DNA of 64,000 nt from Oscillospiraceae bacterium (GTDB lineage: Bacteria > Bacillota > Clostridia > Oscillospirales > UBA929). The translations under genes were made by a program, and so were the position numbers. The stretch's first letter is position 1; every line of letters begins with the position of its first letter. The stretch is taken from positions 5,241-69,240 of the forward strand of contig WRAI01000005.1 in NCBI GenBank assembly GCA_009780275.1. Direction: 5' to 3'. Below, piece by piece: positions 25,697 to 34,395 of the stretch. A model generated the notes under the pieces. That model was not told where the DNA came from. It saw only the letters and a list, made by a program, of their open reading frames with translations, and did no database searches.

Positions 25697-27691
25697 TTAT
25701 TGCAATACGCCCCTACTTACTCTGTCAAAAAAGCAATCCATCACATCACGGGCGATAGGGGCGACATTGCCGCCTGAGTCGCCGCGTTCGACAACCACAG
25801 CGATGGCAATTTTCGGCGCATCAAAAGGCGCAAATGCTACAAAAATACCGTTGGTTTGGTCGTTGACCTGCGCACTGCCAGTTTTGCCTGCTACGGCAAC
25901 AGGATAGTCACCGAAAATATGATAGGCTGTGCCGCCGGGCTGGCATGTTTTGCGCATGCCCTGCAGGATAGCTTCTAAATTGTCAACAGATACATCTAAT
26001 TCGGCGACCTCCTTTGGCGTATTGCGCAGTTGTTCTTGACTGAAATCGTAGTTGTAGACATGGCTGATGATATGCGGTTGCAAACGCTTTCCGCCATTGG
26101 CCAACATGGCTGTAAAGTTGGCCATTTGCAGCGGTGTTGCCAAGGTATCCGATTGCCCGATTGCCATTTGCAATGTGTCTCCGGGATGCCATTGTTGGTT
26201 GCGTGACTGCCTGTGCGCCCTGCCGGCCAGAATGCCGGCTCGCTCGCCAGGAAGCTCTATGCCGGTCGGCTGCCCAAACCCCATTAAGGTCGCCATTTCT
26301 TCCAACGGCGCAATGCCTGCACGGTGCGCCGCATCATAGAAATAATAATTACATGAAACTTGCAACGCCGACACAATATTGACCGCGCCGTGCGTGCGGC
26401 GGTGGCTGCGATAGATATGACAAACAGGCGCAAAGCCTTGCGCTTCGAAAGCCGTGAAACGCCCGCGGTCGTATATATAGGTTTCCGGTGAGACCACGCC
26501 GCTTTTGAGCAGTGCCAGTCCGCTGCTCATCTTAAAGGTTGAGCCGGGCGCGTACAATCCGGCAATGGCGCGATTGAAGAGCGGCGCGGCCGGGTCATTG
26601 GTCAGTTCGTAAAACTGCGCATTGTAGACGGCAAGATCAAAAGTGGGGTAGCTTGCCATGGCCAAAATGGCGCCGCTCTGTACATCCATGGCGACAACGG
26701 CGCCGGCGTAGGCCTCGCGCCCCAATGCGTCGAAGTCTTGTTCCCCTGTTGCACGCATCTCAGCAATGCGACGGGCCAACGAATACTCAGCTGTTTTCTG
26801 TAACTCTAAATCAAGCGTTAGAAAGGCGTTGTCGCCGGGGGCGGCAGCTTGTATATCTGTCACGCCGACAACACGTCCAAGGCCGTTGCGTTCGACTTGT
26901 CGTTGGCCATCATGACCGCGTAAGTACTCTTCCAATACACGTTCCATACCATCTTTGCCAATAATGGCATCCATGGCATAGCCAAGACCGCTCATTTGTT
27001 CAAACTCTTCACGGTATATCGGCCCAATTCTGCCAAGAATATGAGCAGCGGCTTCGGTGGCGTAGTGACGCACGGATTCGCGCCCAATTCGTACGCCAAA
27101 CAAATCGGCCTCAACAATGGCAGTGAGCAAATTAACGTCAATGTCGTCAACAAGGCGATAGGGCGGCAGTCCGCCCAACGCAAAACGCAGCGACAGCTCG
27201 TAGCGCACGGCTGTAACTGCTCGAACTTCATCATCGGGCAGGCTGTCGCTGATGCGATAGGCGGCGCGCAGCCGCTCAAAAAGCTCTTGTTCAGATAAAT
27301 CCTGTCGCCAGCCACGCCAATCAAGATAGCGCGTTAAACGATTGCGATGTGTGTCGCTCATAGGTTCGGCAAAGGTGACAGTTGGCGCGACTTTGGTCAA
27401 TTGCAACAGCGCAGCGATGGAAATATTGGCCTGTTCATGGTGACGAGCCAATGCGCTTATATCAAACTCCAAATAATGACGCAGCGTGTTGATAACCAGT
27501 GGACGACCGTGACGGTCGAGGATTTTTCCGCGCACGGCGGAAATAGGCTCTATGTGGGCGATAATGCGCAGTTCATCGGTCTGCGCGATAATTTGCTCGA
27601 CCACTTGCAGTTGATAGAGGCGTGCTGACGACAAGAGAGTTGCTAAAACAAGGACAAACGTGAGGAAAGTCAGGCGGATTTTGTATTTCAA
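25697..27691 (-). CDS. mrdA: Penicillin-binding protein 2 (elongasome transpeptidase)
   Basis: 664 aa. N-terminal anchor. Active-site serine motif PGSTFKMSSG. TTG start 6 nt after AGGAGG. Follows mreC-mreD. Confidence 0.88.
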   Translation of the reverse strand: MKYKIRLTFLTFVLVLATLLSSARLYQLQVVEQIIAQTDELRIIAHIEPISAVRGKILDRHGRPLVINTLRHYLEFDISALARHHEQANISIAALLQLTKVAPTVTFAEPMSDTHRNRLTRYLDWRGWRQDLSEQELFERLRAAYRISDSLPDDEVRAVTAVRYELSLRFALGGLPPYRLVDDIDVNLLTAIVEADLFGVRIGRESVRHYATEAAAHILGRIGPIYREEFEQMSGLGYAMDAIIGKDGMERVLEEYLRGHDGQRQVERNGLGRVVGVTDIQAAAPGDNAFLTLDLELQKTAEYSLARRIAEMRATGEQDFDALGREAYAGAVVAMDVQSGAILAMASYPTFDLAVYNAQFYELTNDPAAPLFNRAIAGLYAPGSTFKMSSGLALLKSGVVSPETYIYDRGRFTAFEAQGFAPVCHIYRSHRRTHGAVNIVSALQVSCNYYFYDAAHRAGIAPLEEMATLMGFGQPTGIELPGERAGILAGRAHRQSRNQQWHPGDTLQMAIGQSDTLATPLQMANFTAMLANGGKRLQPHIISHVYNYDFSQEQLRNTPKEVAELDVSVDNLEAILQGMRKTCQPGGTAYHIFGDYPVAVAGKTGSAQVNDQTNGIFVAFAPFDAPKIAIAVVVERGDSGGNVAPIARDVMDCFFDRVSRGVLQ

Positions 27692-27746
27692 TTTAATCCT
27701 CCTGCTTCATGAGTTCATACGTAATGGACACAGAGAAATGCGTTCC

Positions 27747-28247
27747 CTATAAGGGTTCGGCAATTTTTCGAAATATCGGATACACTACTGGCACTCCAAG
27801 CAACGACAGTGCCGTTTCCAGCGGCAGACGTGTCCAAAGCAGGCTTATATTCGCGCGCCCGGCTGCAAGTAAGAATAGTACAGCGTAGAGCAATTGACCT
27901 AACAAACTGCTTCCGACCGCTATGATAAGCATCGTTACCCATGAGCGGCGCGGGAAGTTGTCTGCATATCGCCATGCAACCAGCGTAATGAGCGGGTACA
28001 ACAAGGTAAATAATATGCCACTGTGCAGATAGACATCGCACCATGTGCCGAGCAATCCCGCATACAGCAGCGCGCCTCCGCCGCTTTCAAACGCCAGCAC
28101 ACTGCCCAGCAGCAGCGGCGGCAGCCAAAACATTGCGCCCAGTATACGTCCGTACGGCACAATTGTCAGCTGCAGCGCAAGCAAAACGTAGCTTCCTATT
28201 GTATAGAATATCCATTTTTTTGCGTTTTGTAATCGCTTATCTCTCAT
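27747..28247 (-). CDS. mreD: Rod shape-determining protein MreD
   Basis: 166-aa polytopic protein directly after mreC. Its start overlaps the mreC stop by 11 nt. Confidence 0.8.
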   Translation of the reverse strand: MRDKRLQNAKKWIFYTIGSYVLLALQLTIVPYGRILGAMFWLPPLLLGSVLAFESGGGALLYAGLLGTWCDVYLHSGILFTLLYPLITLVAWRYADNFPRRSWVTMLIIAVGSSLLGQLLYAVLFLLAAGRANISLLWTRLPLETALSLLGVPVVYPIFRKIAEPL

Positions 28248-29046
28248 TGATAAAGTCAGTTATGACAAAGAGTGTTCGTAGTTGCCGATATTCGATATTC
28301 GGTGCGATTTTGGCAAGCTGTCCCAAACCGCTTTCATGCGCGCACACGCTTTCTATCATACCGATAATTAGGCCGTCCGGAAATGTATCATTGGCACCTG
28401 ATGTGACTACCAAATCGCCAGCGTTGACACGGGCGTCGTCGGGCAGATATGCCAAGCGCAGTTTATTTTGCTGCATGTCGTCAAAGTGCCCGACGGCAAC
28501 ACCAATGGTACTTGTCTGCTCAATCATGGCACCGATACGCATGTGCGCATCGGTAATCGCTTGTACATTTGCCCATGTGTCACCAGCTTCAGCGACAATG
28601 CCGGCTAAGTGCCGATGCTCGTCTATTACACTCATGCCAGCGGCAACGCCGTACCTCTCACCGCGATCAATGGTAAAAAACTGCCCCGTATTGCCGCCGC
28701 TAAATCCGATGACATTGGCCATGACAAGCGTAAGTTCGCGTTGGCGCGTTGGCAGATTAAGCAGGGTTCGCAGACGATCATTTTCGGAAACGATGGCCTG
28801 GATTTGGCGTGAAGCAGCTTCCATGTCAGCGATTTTTCCGTGCAGGTCATACACTTCGGCTTGCGTGTCGTTTGCGGTCACTCGCCGTCTCACCGCGGCA
28901 ATGCTGCGCTCGGCCGGCGTAAAGGCGGCGCGCCACGCACCTGATAGCGGAGCATTATTGCTAAGAATTGTTGCTGTTGTCATTGTCGCGATAAAAATGA
29001 ACAGCAACAGCGTGGCTAAAAATGTTTTTTGACGTTTGAAGAAGAT
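28237..29046 (-). CDS. mreC: Rod shape-determining protein MreC
   Basis: Transmembrane segment, coiled coil, then beta-barrel domains (...VVTSGANDTFPDGLIIGMI...). The track starts at TTG 29007. The frame stays open to 29046, where ATC sits 6 nt after GGGAGG and adds FFKRQKTFLATL. Confidence 0.8.
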   Translation of the reverse strand: MFFKRQKTFLATLLLFIFIATMTTATILSNNAPLSGAWRAAFTPAERSIAAVRRRVTANDTQAEVYDLHGKIADMEAASRQIQAIVSENDRLRTLLNLPTRQRELTLVMANVIGFSGGNTGQFFTIDRGERYGVAAGMSVIDEHRHLAGIVAEAGDTWANVQAITDAHMRIGAMIEQTSTIGVAVGHFDDMQQNKLRLAYLPDDARVNAGDLVVTSGANDTFPDGLIIGMIESVCAHESGLGQLAKIAPNIEYRQLRTLFVITDFINER

Positions 29047-29049
29047 CGT

Positions 29050-29667
29050 TTACCTCCCACGTTGTAGAGCAAGAGCCGGGCTCCTTCCCTGCGGTGTTTC
29101 CGCGAGAATCATTTCCAATTTTATCAGCGGTAACCCAATTACCGTATTTATATCGCCGTCAATGCCTTCAATGAAGACACCACCATGGCCTTGTGCGCCG
29201 TATGCGCCGGCTTTGTCAAATGACTCGCCTGTTTGCATATACCAGTCGAGCAGGGGCAAAATATGCTTAAACGTCACGTGTGCCTGTTCATGCCAAAGGT
29301 GTTCGACGCCGTTGGCGTCGCGGCAGTATACGCCGGTGTAAACGATATGCGTGTTTCCCGACAAGGCCGTCAACATGGCGCGGGCATTGGCTTCGTCATT
29401 TGGTTTTTCGAAAATTTCGCCTTGAAAAGCCACGGTGGTATCAGCGGCTACGATAGGGATGCCTGCGTCATAGCGCGTTGCCACGGCTTGTCCTTTGCGA
29501 TACGCTAGATTTTCTACCATTTGCGTCGGAGAAACTGAGCCTGCGACCCCTTCGTCAATGTTTGACACGTCAACAATGATATCGTAGCCATGCACCTTCG
29601 CCAACGGTTCCAATAACATCAATCGTCGCGGGGAACCAGACGCTAAAATCAAAATTTTGGCTTGCAT
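29050..29667 (-). CDS. maf: Maf-family nucleoside triphosphate pyrophosphatase (septum formation protein Maf)
   Basis: KILILASGSPRRLMLLEPL...VAADTTVAFQGEIFEKP. Confidence 0.88.
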   Translation of the reverse strand: MQAKILILASGSPRRLMLLEPLAKVHGYDIIVDVSNIDEGVAGSVSPTQMVENLAYRKGQAVATRYDAGIPIVAADTTVAFQGEIFEKPNDEANARAMLTALSGNTHIVYTGVYCRDANGVEHLWHEQAHVTFKHILPLLDWYMQTGESFDKAGAYGAQGHGGVFIEGIDGDINTVIGLPLIKLEMILAETPQGRSPALALQRGR

Positions 29668-29807
29668 AAATATTACCTATCCTTCATAGTATAGCCAATA
29701 GTTGAGTGAGATAAACAACAAGGCTTGACTTTCTTGAAAAAATCATATATACTCTCTAAGGTCTTAAACTGAGACCTACATTAAAAATCTTTGGAGGAAT
29801 CTTATCA

Positions 29808-30170
29808 ATGAAAAAGGCAATTACCTTGTTGCTCGCATTGCTGATGGTTGGCGCGTTCACATTCGCGCTGGTTGGCTGCGACAACGACAGCGGAAACAAT
29901 GAAACAGGCGACGGAAACATGAGTGCCGACTTGGTTGGCACATGGGATTTGTATATTGAAGGCGTTGGCGTTGCCATGGAAGGCGCGCTTGTCATCAACG
30001 CAGACGGTACGCTCGAGTCAATGGAAATTCCAATGGAATGGACCTACGCCGATGGCGAGATGACAATCTCTTTTGCGGGTACCGAGACAGATACTTGGAC
30101 TGTTTCGCTTGACGGTGATATCCTCACCATTGGCGCAGTGGGTGAAGTGCTCACTTATCGCCGCGCTTAA
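29808..30170 (+). CDS. Lipoprotein of unknown function (120 aa)
   Basis: GGAGGAA RBS. Lipobox in MKKAITLLLALLMVGAFTFALVGC. Confidence 0.7.
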   Translation: MKKAITLLLALLMVGAFTFALVGCDNDSGNNETGDGNMSADLVGTWDLYIEGVGVAMEGALVINADGTLESMEIPMEWTYADGEMTISFAGTETDTWTVSLDGDILTIGAVGEVLTYRRA

Positions 30171-30311
30171 GCACTTATTTTATGAAAAAGGCCGGCACGA
30201 TAATAACATCGCGCTGGTCTTTTTTGTTGATACTTTCACTAAATATGATATTCTGATTTTTGTGGCCCAAAATAGGCTCTATGATTCAACATAATTTTGG
30301 AGAAAAAAACT

Positions 30312-30476
30312 ATGAAAAAGATACTTGCCGTATTGCTCGCGTTGCTGATGGTCGGCGCAATGACGTTTGCGTTGGTTGGTTGTGGCAACGATGATGACAA
30401 CGATGACGACGGTGGCAGTCTGACTGACATTTTTGGTGTTCTGGAAGACGACGTGGCAGACATCTTTGGCAACTAA
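30312..30476 (+). CDS. Small acidic lipoprotein (54 aa); absent from the ORF track
   Basis: My translation gives MKKILAVLLALLMVGAMTFALVGCGNDDDNDDDGGSLTDIFGVLEDDVADIFGN*. GGAGAAAAA RBS. The signal peptide is paralogous to that of 29808..30170. A strong terminator follows. Confidence 0.6.
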   Translation: MKKILAVLLALLMVGAMTFALVGCGNDDDNDDDGGSLTDIFGVLEDDVADIFGN

Positions 30477-30488
30477 GTCAATTTTGAA

Positions 30489-30525
30489 ATGAAAGGGACG
30501 CAAAGTTGCGTCCCTTTCATTTTTT
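30489..30525. terminator. Rho-independent terminator (bidirectional context)
   Basis: ATGAAAGGGACGCAA-AG-TTGCGTCCCTTTCAT followed by TTTTT. Confidence 0.8.
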
Positions 30526-30580
30526 ACTTTGCCTACATGCCTCGCGGCGGCGTATTACCGGCAAAACTTCAGTGGCTCTT

Positions 30581-30907
30581 CTATACCCCGCCCATCTCCG
30601 CGCCGCGCAAGCGGACGACCTCGCGTTTGAGTTCGTTAATTTCCATTTTAGCTTTGGATGACTCTTCGATATAATCCTTCAATTGCGCACGCATATGTTC
30701 CGTCAGCTCGTTGGCTTTAAGCAGATCGTCCACAATGTTTAAGCAGGCCAAAGTTGCCGCTTGGCTAGATGAAACGCGCGTTGTTTCGATGATGCTGCGG
30801 ATTTTTTGATCAGCGATAGACGCCACCTTATACATATACTCTTCACTTTCATCGACCAACAGGTGCAGCTCCTGTCCGGCGACATTAACCGTAATGCGAT
30901 TCTTCAT
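30581..30907 (-). CDS. zapA: Cell division protein ZapA
   Basis: MKNRITVNVAGQELHLLVDESEEYMYKVASIADQKI...AATLACLNIVDDLLK followed by a coiled-coil tail. AGGAGG RBS. Confidence 0.85.
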   Translation of the reverse strand: MKNRITVNVAGQELHLLVDESEEYMYKVASIADQKIRSIIETTRVSSSQAATLACLNIVDDLLKANELTEHMRAQLKDYIEESSKAKMEINELKREVVRLRGAEMGGV

Positions 30908-30988
30908 GTCGGGTCCTCCTATATCTTGTGGTATTTTGTTGCGTTAGCCTAGTATACCACTATTTTTACATTTCGGCAAGTAGGGACA

Positions 30989-31017
30989 TTGACAAACCAA
31001 AAATTTTATGTTATCAT
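30989..31017 (+). promoter_or_regulatory. SigA-type promoter of tRNA-Leu
   Basis: TTGACA (30989-30994), 17-nt spacer, TATCAT (31012-31017), 13 nt before the tRNA 5' end. Confidence 0.6.
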
Positions 31018-31030
31018 ACCTCTTGCATGT

Positions 31031-31112
31031 GCCGGCGTGGTGGAATGGCAGACACGCGCGACTCAAAATCGCGAGGGAAACCGTGTGGGTTCAAGTCCCA
31101 CCGCCGGCACCA
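31031..31112 (+). tRNA. tRNA-Leu(CAA), class II long variable arm, encoded CCA
   Basis: Acceptor GCCGGCG/CGCCGGC. D arm GGAATGGCAGA. Anticodon stem-loop CGCGA-CTCAAAA-TCGCG. Variable arm GGGAAACCGTGT. T arm GGGTTCAAGTCCC. Ends in ACCA. Confidence 0.9.
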
Positions 31113-31282
31113 GCGTGACGCTGGACCCAATTGAGGGTTCAGCAAATTCCTGGCAAGGTGCAAAAAATCCCATAAGGACACTTGCATCATGATGATGTCG
31201 AGTTAGGCGATCATTAAAATCTCGCAGCGTGTGAATTTTGACGATAAGGTGCCGTATACGAGGCATAACAGCCAAACATTTC

Positions 31283-31336
31283 GAATTAGGAGTTAGGGAT
31301 TGAAGCGTGAACCGTTCAATTCTTAGCTCTTAATTC
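31283..31336 (+). promoter_or_regulatory. Strand-specific 22-bp RNA hairpin (four G-U pairs, 10-nt loop) in the spacer between tRNA-Leu and the leuA-family gene
   Basis: GAATTAGGAGTTAGGGATTGAA (31283-31304) pairs base for base with TTCAATTCTTAGCTCTTAATTC (31315-31336). On the opposite strand the wobble pairs become A-C mismatches. Confidence 0.6.
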
Positions 31337-31373
31337 CTAACTTCATAATTAAACGAAAGAAGGTGAACCGCTC

Positions 31374-32735
31374 ATGGAACCCAAGAAGAATAAACGCTCA
31401 GGATTGCTGGAGTTTGGCTATAAGTACACCGAATTGGAAAAACCCAACCTATTCCGCTACATGTACCCTTACGACCAAATCCCGCGCTTGATTTTTAACC
31501 AGCGGATTGTGCCGATGAACTTACCTGATAAGATTTATATCACTGACACGACATTCCGTGACGGTCAGCAATCACGCGCGCCATATACTGTTGAGGAAAT
31601 TGTGCATCTCTTCGGACTACTTCACAAGCTCGACAACGGGCAAGGCGTCATCGCACAATCGGAGTTTTTTCTCTACTCAAAAAAAGACCGTGAGGCAGTT
31701 GAAAAATGCCGGGAATTGGGCTATGAATTCCCTGAGGTGACGTCATGGATTCGTGCCAATATCAAAGACTTTCAACTTGTCAAAGACATGGAAATCAAAG
31801 AGACCGGCATTTTAGTATCCTGCTCAGACTACCATATCTTTAACAAAATGGGCTGGACGCGCGCCGAGGCTCTAAAAAATTATTTGACCATCGTTGAGGC
31901 AGCGCTCGAAGCCGGTATCCGCCCACGTTGCCATTTTGAGGATATTACACGCGCCGACTTCCACGGCTTTGTTTTGCCGTTCGCGGCCAAGCTGATGGAG
32001 TTGTCAAAAGAATCCGGTATTCCCATCAAGGTGCGCGCTTGCGATACATTAGGGTTGGGTACATACATCCCCGGCGTGGTATTGCCACGCAGCGTGCAGC
32101 AAATTATCTACGGCCTGCACAACTATTCGGGCGTGCCGAGCGAGATGATTGAATGGCACGGGCATAACGACTTCTACAACGCCGTGCCCAATGCCGTGAC
32201 AGCTTGGCTATACGGCGCAAGCGCTATCAATACGTCACTGCTTGGTATTGGTGAGCGCACCGGCAATACGCCGTTGGAAGCCATGTGTATTGAATATTGC
32301 CAACTCAAGGGGCATCATGGCGGCTTAAATTTGCGTGTCATTACTGAAATTGCAGAGTATTACGAGTCGCACCTCGGATACGATATTCCACCGCGCACGC
32401 CATTTATCGGCAAAGCGTTCAACGCCACACGGGCCGGCATTCACGCCGACGGGCTGCTCAAAGACGAAGAGATTTATAACATCTTTAACACGGCCGAAAT
32501 TCTCGACCGACCACCGATTGTTATTGTCGACAGTCACTCCGGCTTGGCAGGTTTGGCGATTTGGGTCAATACATACTTTAACCTCAAAGATGACAAGAAA
32601 GTTGACAAACGCGACCCGCGGCTGGCAAAAATCAAAGAATGGATTGACGCGCAGTACGCTGACGGGCGCAATACCACGATTGGCGACGTTGAACTGAAAA
32701 AACTGGTGGCCGAGCATATGCCGGGATTGATGTGA
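31374..32735 (+). CDS. 2-isopropylmalate/homocitrate synthase family enzyme (HMGL-like; Re-citrate-synthase-like architecture)
   Basis: 453 aa. IYITDTTFRDGQQS near residue 55. HGHNDFYNAVPNAVTAWLYGA metal-site motif. No LeuA regulatory C-domain is apparent. Confidence 0.7.
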   Translation: MEPKKNKRSGLLEFGYKYTELEKPNLFRYMYPYDQIPRLIFNQRIVPMNLPDKIYITDTTFRDGQQSRAPYTVEEIVHLFGLLHKLDNGQGVIAQSEFFLYSKKDREAVEKCRELGYEFPEVTSWIRANIKDFQLVKDMEIKETGILVSCSDYHIFNKMGWTRAEALKNYLTIVEAALEAGIRPRCHFEDITRADFHGFVLPFAAKLMELSKESGIPIKVRACDTLGLGTYIPGVVLPRSVQQIIYGLHNYSGVPSEMIEWHGHNDFYNAVPNAVTAWLYGASAINTSLLGIGERTGNTPLEAMCIEYCQLKGHHGGLNLRVITEIAEYYESHLGYDIPPRTPFIGKAFNATRAGIHADGLLKDEEIYNIFNTAEILDRPPIVIVDSHSGLAGLAIWVNTYFNLKDDKKVDKRDPRLAKIKEWIDAQYADGRNTTIGDVELKKLVAEHMPGLM

Positions 32736-32816
32736 TGCAAGGTTAATCGCCGCTTCAGCGCTCTCCCACGATATATCTGCTATGACGCACGACATTGCAC
32801 AACAGGAGCTCACACT

Positions 32817-34364
32817 ATGACCATCACACAAAATTGGATGTCTAAGAGCGTGTTTTTCTTTTGTGCGCTTGTTGCAGCACATATCTCATTACTTGCGTTT
32901 GCACAGGTGACTGTGCTGTTTGCGGCCATTTTTGTTTGCGTTGTGCTCGGTGGTATTTGGTTTTTGCGCCGTAATTTTATGCAAAAATTAACGCCGCGTA
33001 AATTTGCATTGCTTTTGGGCGGCGTAAGTTTTTTGTTTTATCTTATTTATGTTCTCAACTTGCAAACCCCACCGGTTTCTGATTTTGCTACGATGTACAA
33101 TGCTGCCGAAGAGGCAGCGCACGGAGATTTTTCTACCCTGCACGATAATCTATATTTTTACAACTGGGCGTATCAGACCGGGTTTGTTGCGTGGCAGGCG
33201 TTTTTCATTCGTTTTTTTGGCGCGGGCGTGACGTTCTTTAAAGTTACCAACGTGCTCTTTATGGCGATCACCAACGTATTGATTTTTGCCATTGCACGGC
33301 GGTTTGCATCAGAAACAGCAGCACGGTGTGTTGGTATTTTGTACGCGCTTAATCCGGCGCACCTTTTCTTAGCCTCGGTGCTGACCAATCAGCATCTGAC
33401 CAACATCTTAGTGCTACTTGCAATTTATCTCTATATTGCGAATAAGGACAAGCCCTTTGTGCCGCGAGTTTTGTTCGCTATGCTTACCGGCGCGTTGATT
33501 GCGTTTGGCAACGCTATTCGTCCTCTTGGCATTATTGCCGTTGTTGGTATTGTGTTTGTCGAAATGCTCCACTTTTTTGGCGCAATCATTAATCCGTCTG
33601 CGCGCGCAAGCAAACGCAAGTTAACAAGAAAGCAAAAGAAACAGCAAACAAAAGAGACTGCCATTGCCGCTGTTAAACAATTGATTTTCCCTGCTGCAAT
33701 GTCTGTTGTTTACTTGCTGATGGTTATGTTGCTCTCTTTTACAGTCAGAGCATCGGGGCTGAATCCCCATGGGTTGAGCAATAACTTCCCTGAGTGGAAA
33801 TTTATTGTCGGGCTCAACGCCGAACATAATGGCGTATGGAATCCCGATGATTCTGCTTTTATAGGCCCTCCGTCGCCCGAGCGCGACATTCTCGCACGCG
33901 AAATTATTTCCGAACGGTTAGACAATAGCCCGGGGCACTTCTTGTTACTTTTCAACACCAAAATACAAATTATGTGGGCGTTTCAAGATTCGCCCGGCCC
34001 AGCATTTCATCACTGGGAACCAAGTCCACACGCTGCGCACTCTTTTAGGTTTTTGCTACTAGGCGAAACGTCAGTGGTTGACGTTATGCAACGTGCTTCG
34101 TTTGGCTTTCTCTGTGGCATTTTTGTGTTATTCTTCCTGGCAAGCTGGCGATTGTTTCGGCAAAAAAAGGGCGAAGACGTTTTTGTGCCGCTGTTTCCGA
34201 TTGCAATTTTCTTGCTATATTTCGGGGTGCATTTACTTATTGAAGTACAACCGCGTTACCGTGATTTTGGCATGATGTTTGTGTTTATCGCGGCGGCATA
34301 TGGGGTGGAATGGTTAATGAAACGCCGTCAAAACCCCAGCGGCAAGAAAAGCTCTCTTATTTAA
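32817..34364 (+). CDS. Polytopic membrane glycosyltransferase (GT-C, ArnT/PMT-like)
   Basis: 515 aa with more than 10 predicted transmembrane segments. A basic loop KRKLTRKQKKQQTKE. A periplasmic-type C-terminal domain. The call rests on topology and pattern only. Confidence 0.5.
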   Translation: MTITQNWMSKSVFFFCALVAAHISLLAFAQVTVLFAAIFVCVVLGGIWFLRRNFMQKLTPRKFALLLGGVSFLFYLIYVLNLQTPPVSDFATMYNAAEEAAHGDFSTLHDNLYFYNWAYQTGFVAWQAFFIRFFGAGVTFFKVTNVLFMAITNVLIFAIARRFASETAARCVGILYALNPAHLFLASVLTNQHLTNILVLLAIYLYIANKDKPFVPRVLFAMLTGALIAFGNAIRPLGIIAVVGIVFVEMLHFFGAIINPSARASKRKLTRKQKKQQTKETAIAAVKQLIFPAAMSVVYLLMVMLLSFTVRASGLNPHGLSNNFPEWKFIVGLNAEHNGVWNPDDSAFIGPPSPERDILAREIISERLDNSPGHFLLLFNTKIQIMWAFQDSPGPAFHHWEPSPHAAHSFRFLLLGETSVVDVMQRASFGFLCGIFVLFFLASWRLFRQKKGEDVFVPLFPIAIFLLYFGVHLLIEVQPRYRDFGMMFVFIAAAYGVEWLMKRRQNPSGKKSSLI

Positions 34365-34395
34365 GAACACAAAACCCTTTTCGTATGGAGATTTT

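Noticed and set aside
28043-29032. 329-aa + strand ORF
   Set aside because: It lies wholly antisense to mreD and mreC. Its composition is low-complexity and rich in Ala, Ser and Arg, which is typical of a shadow frame in GC-rich coding DNA.
30928-31192. Two small + strand ORFs (68 and 67 aa)
   Set aside because: They overlap the tRNA-Leu gene and its promoter, so they are not coding.
31113-31373. T-box riboswitch upstream of the leuA-family gene
   Set aside because: There is no T-box consensus (…GGGTGGTACCGCG…), no specifier-loop/AGAGA architecture, and no terminator with a U-tract. GGTGAACCGC near the start codon is more simply the RBS region.
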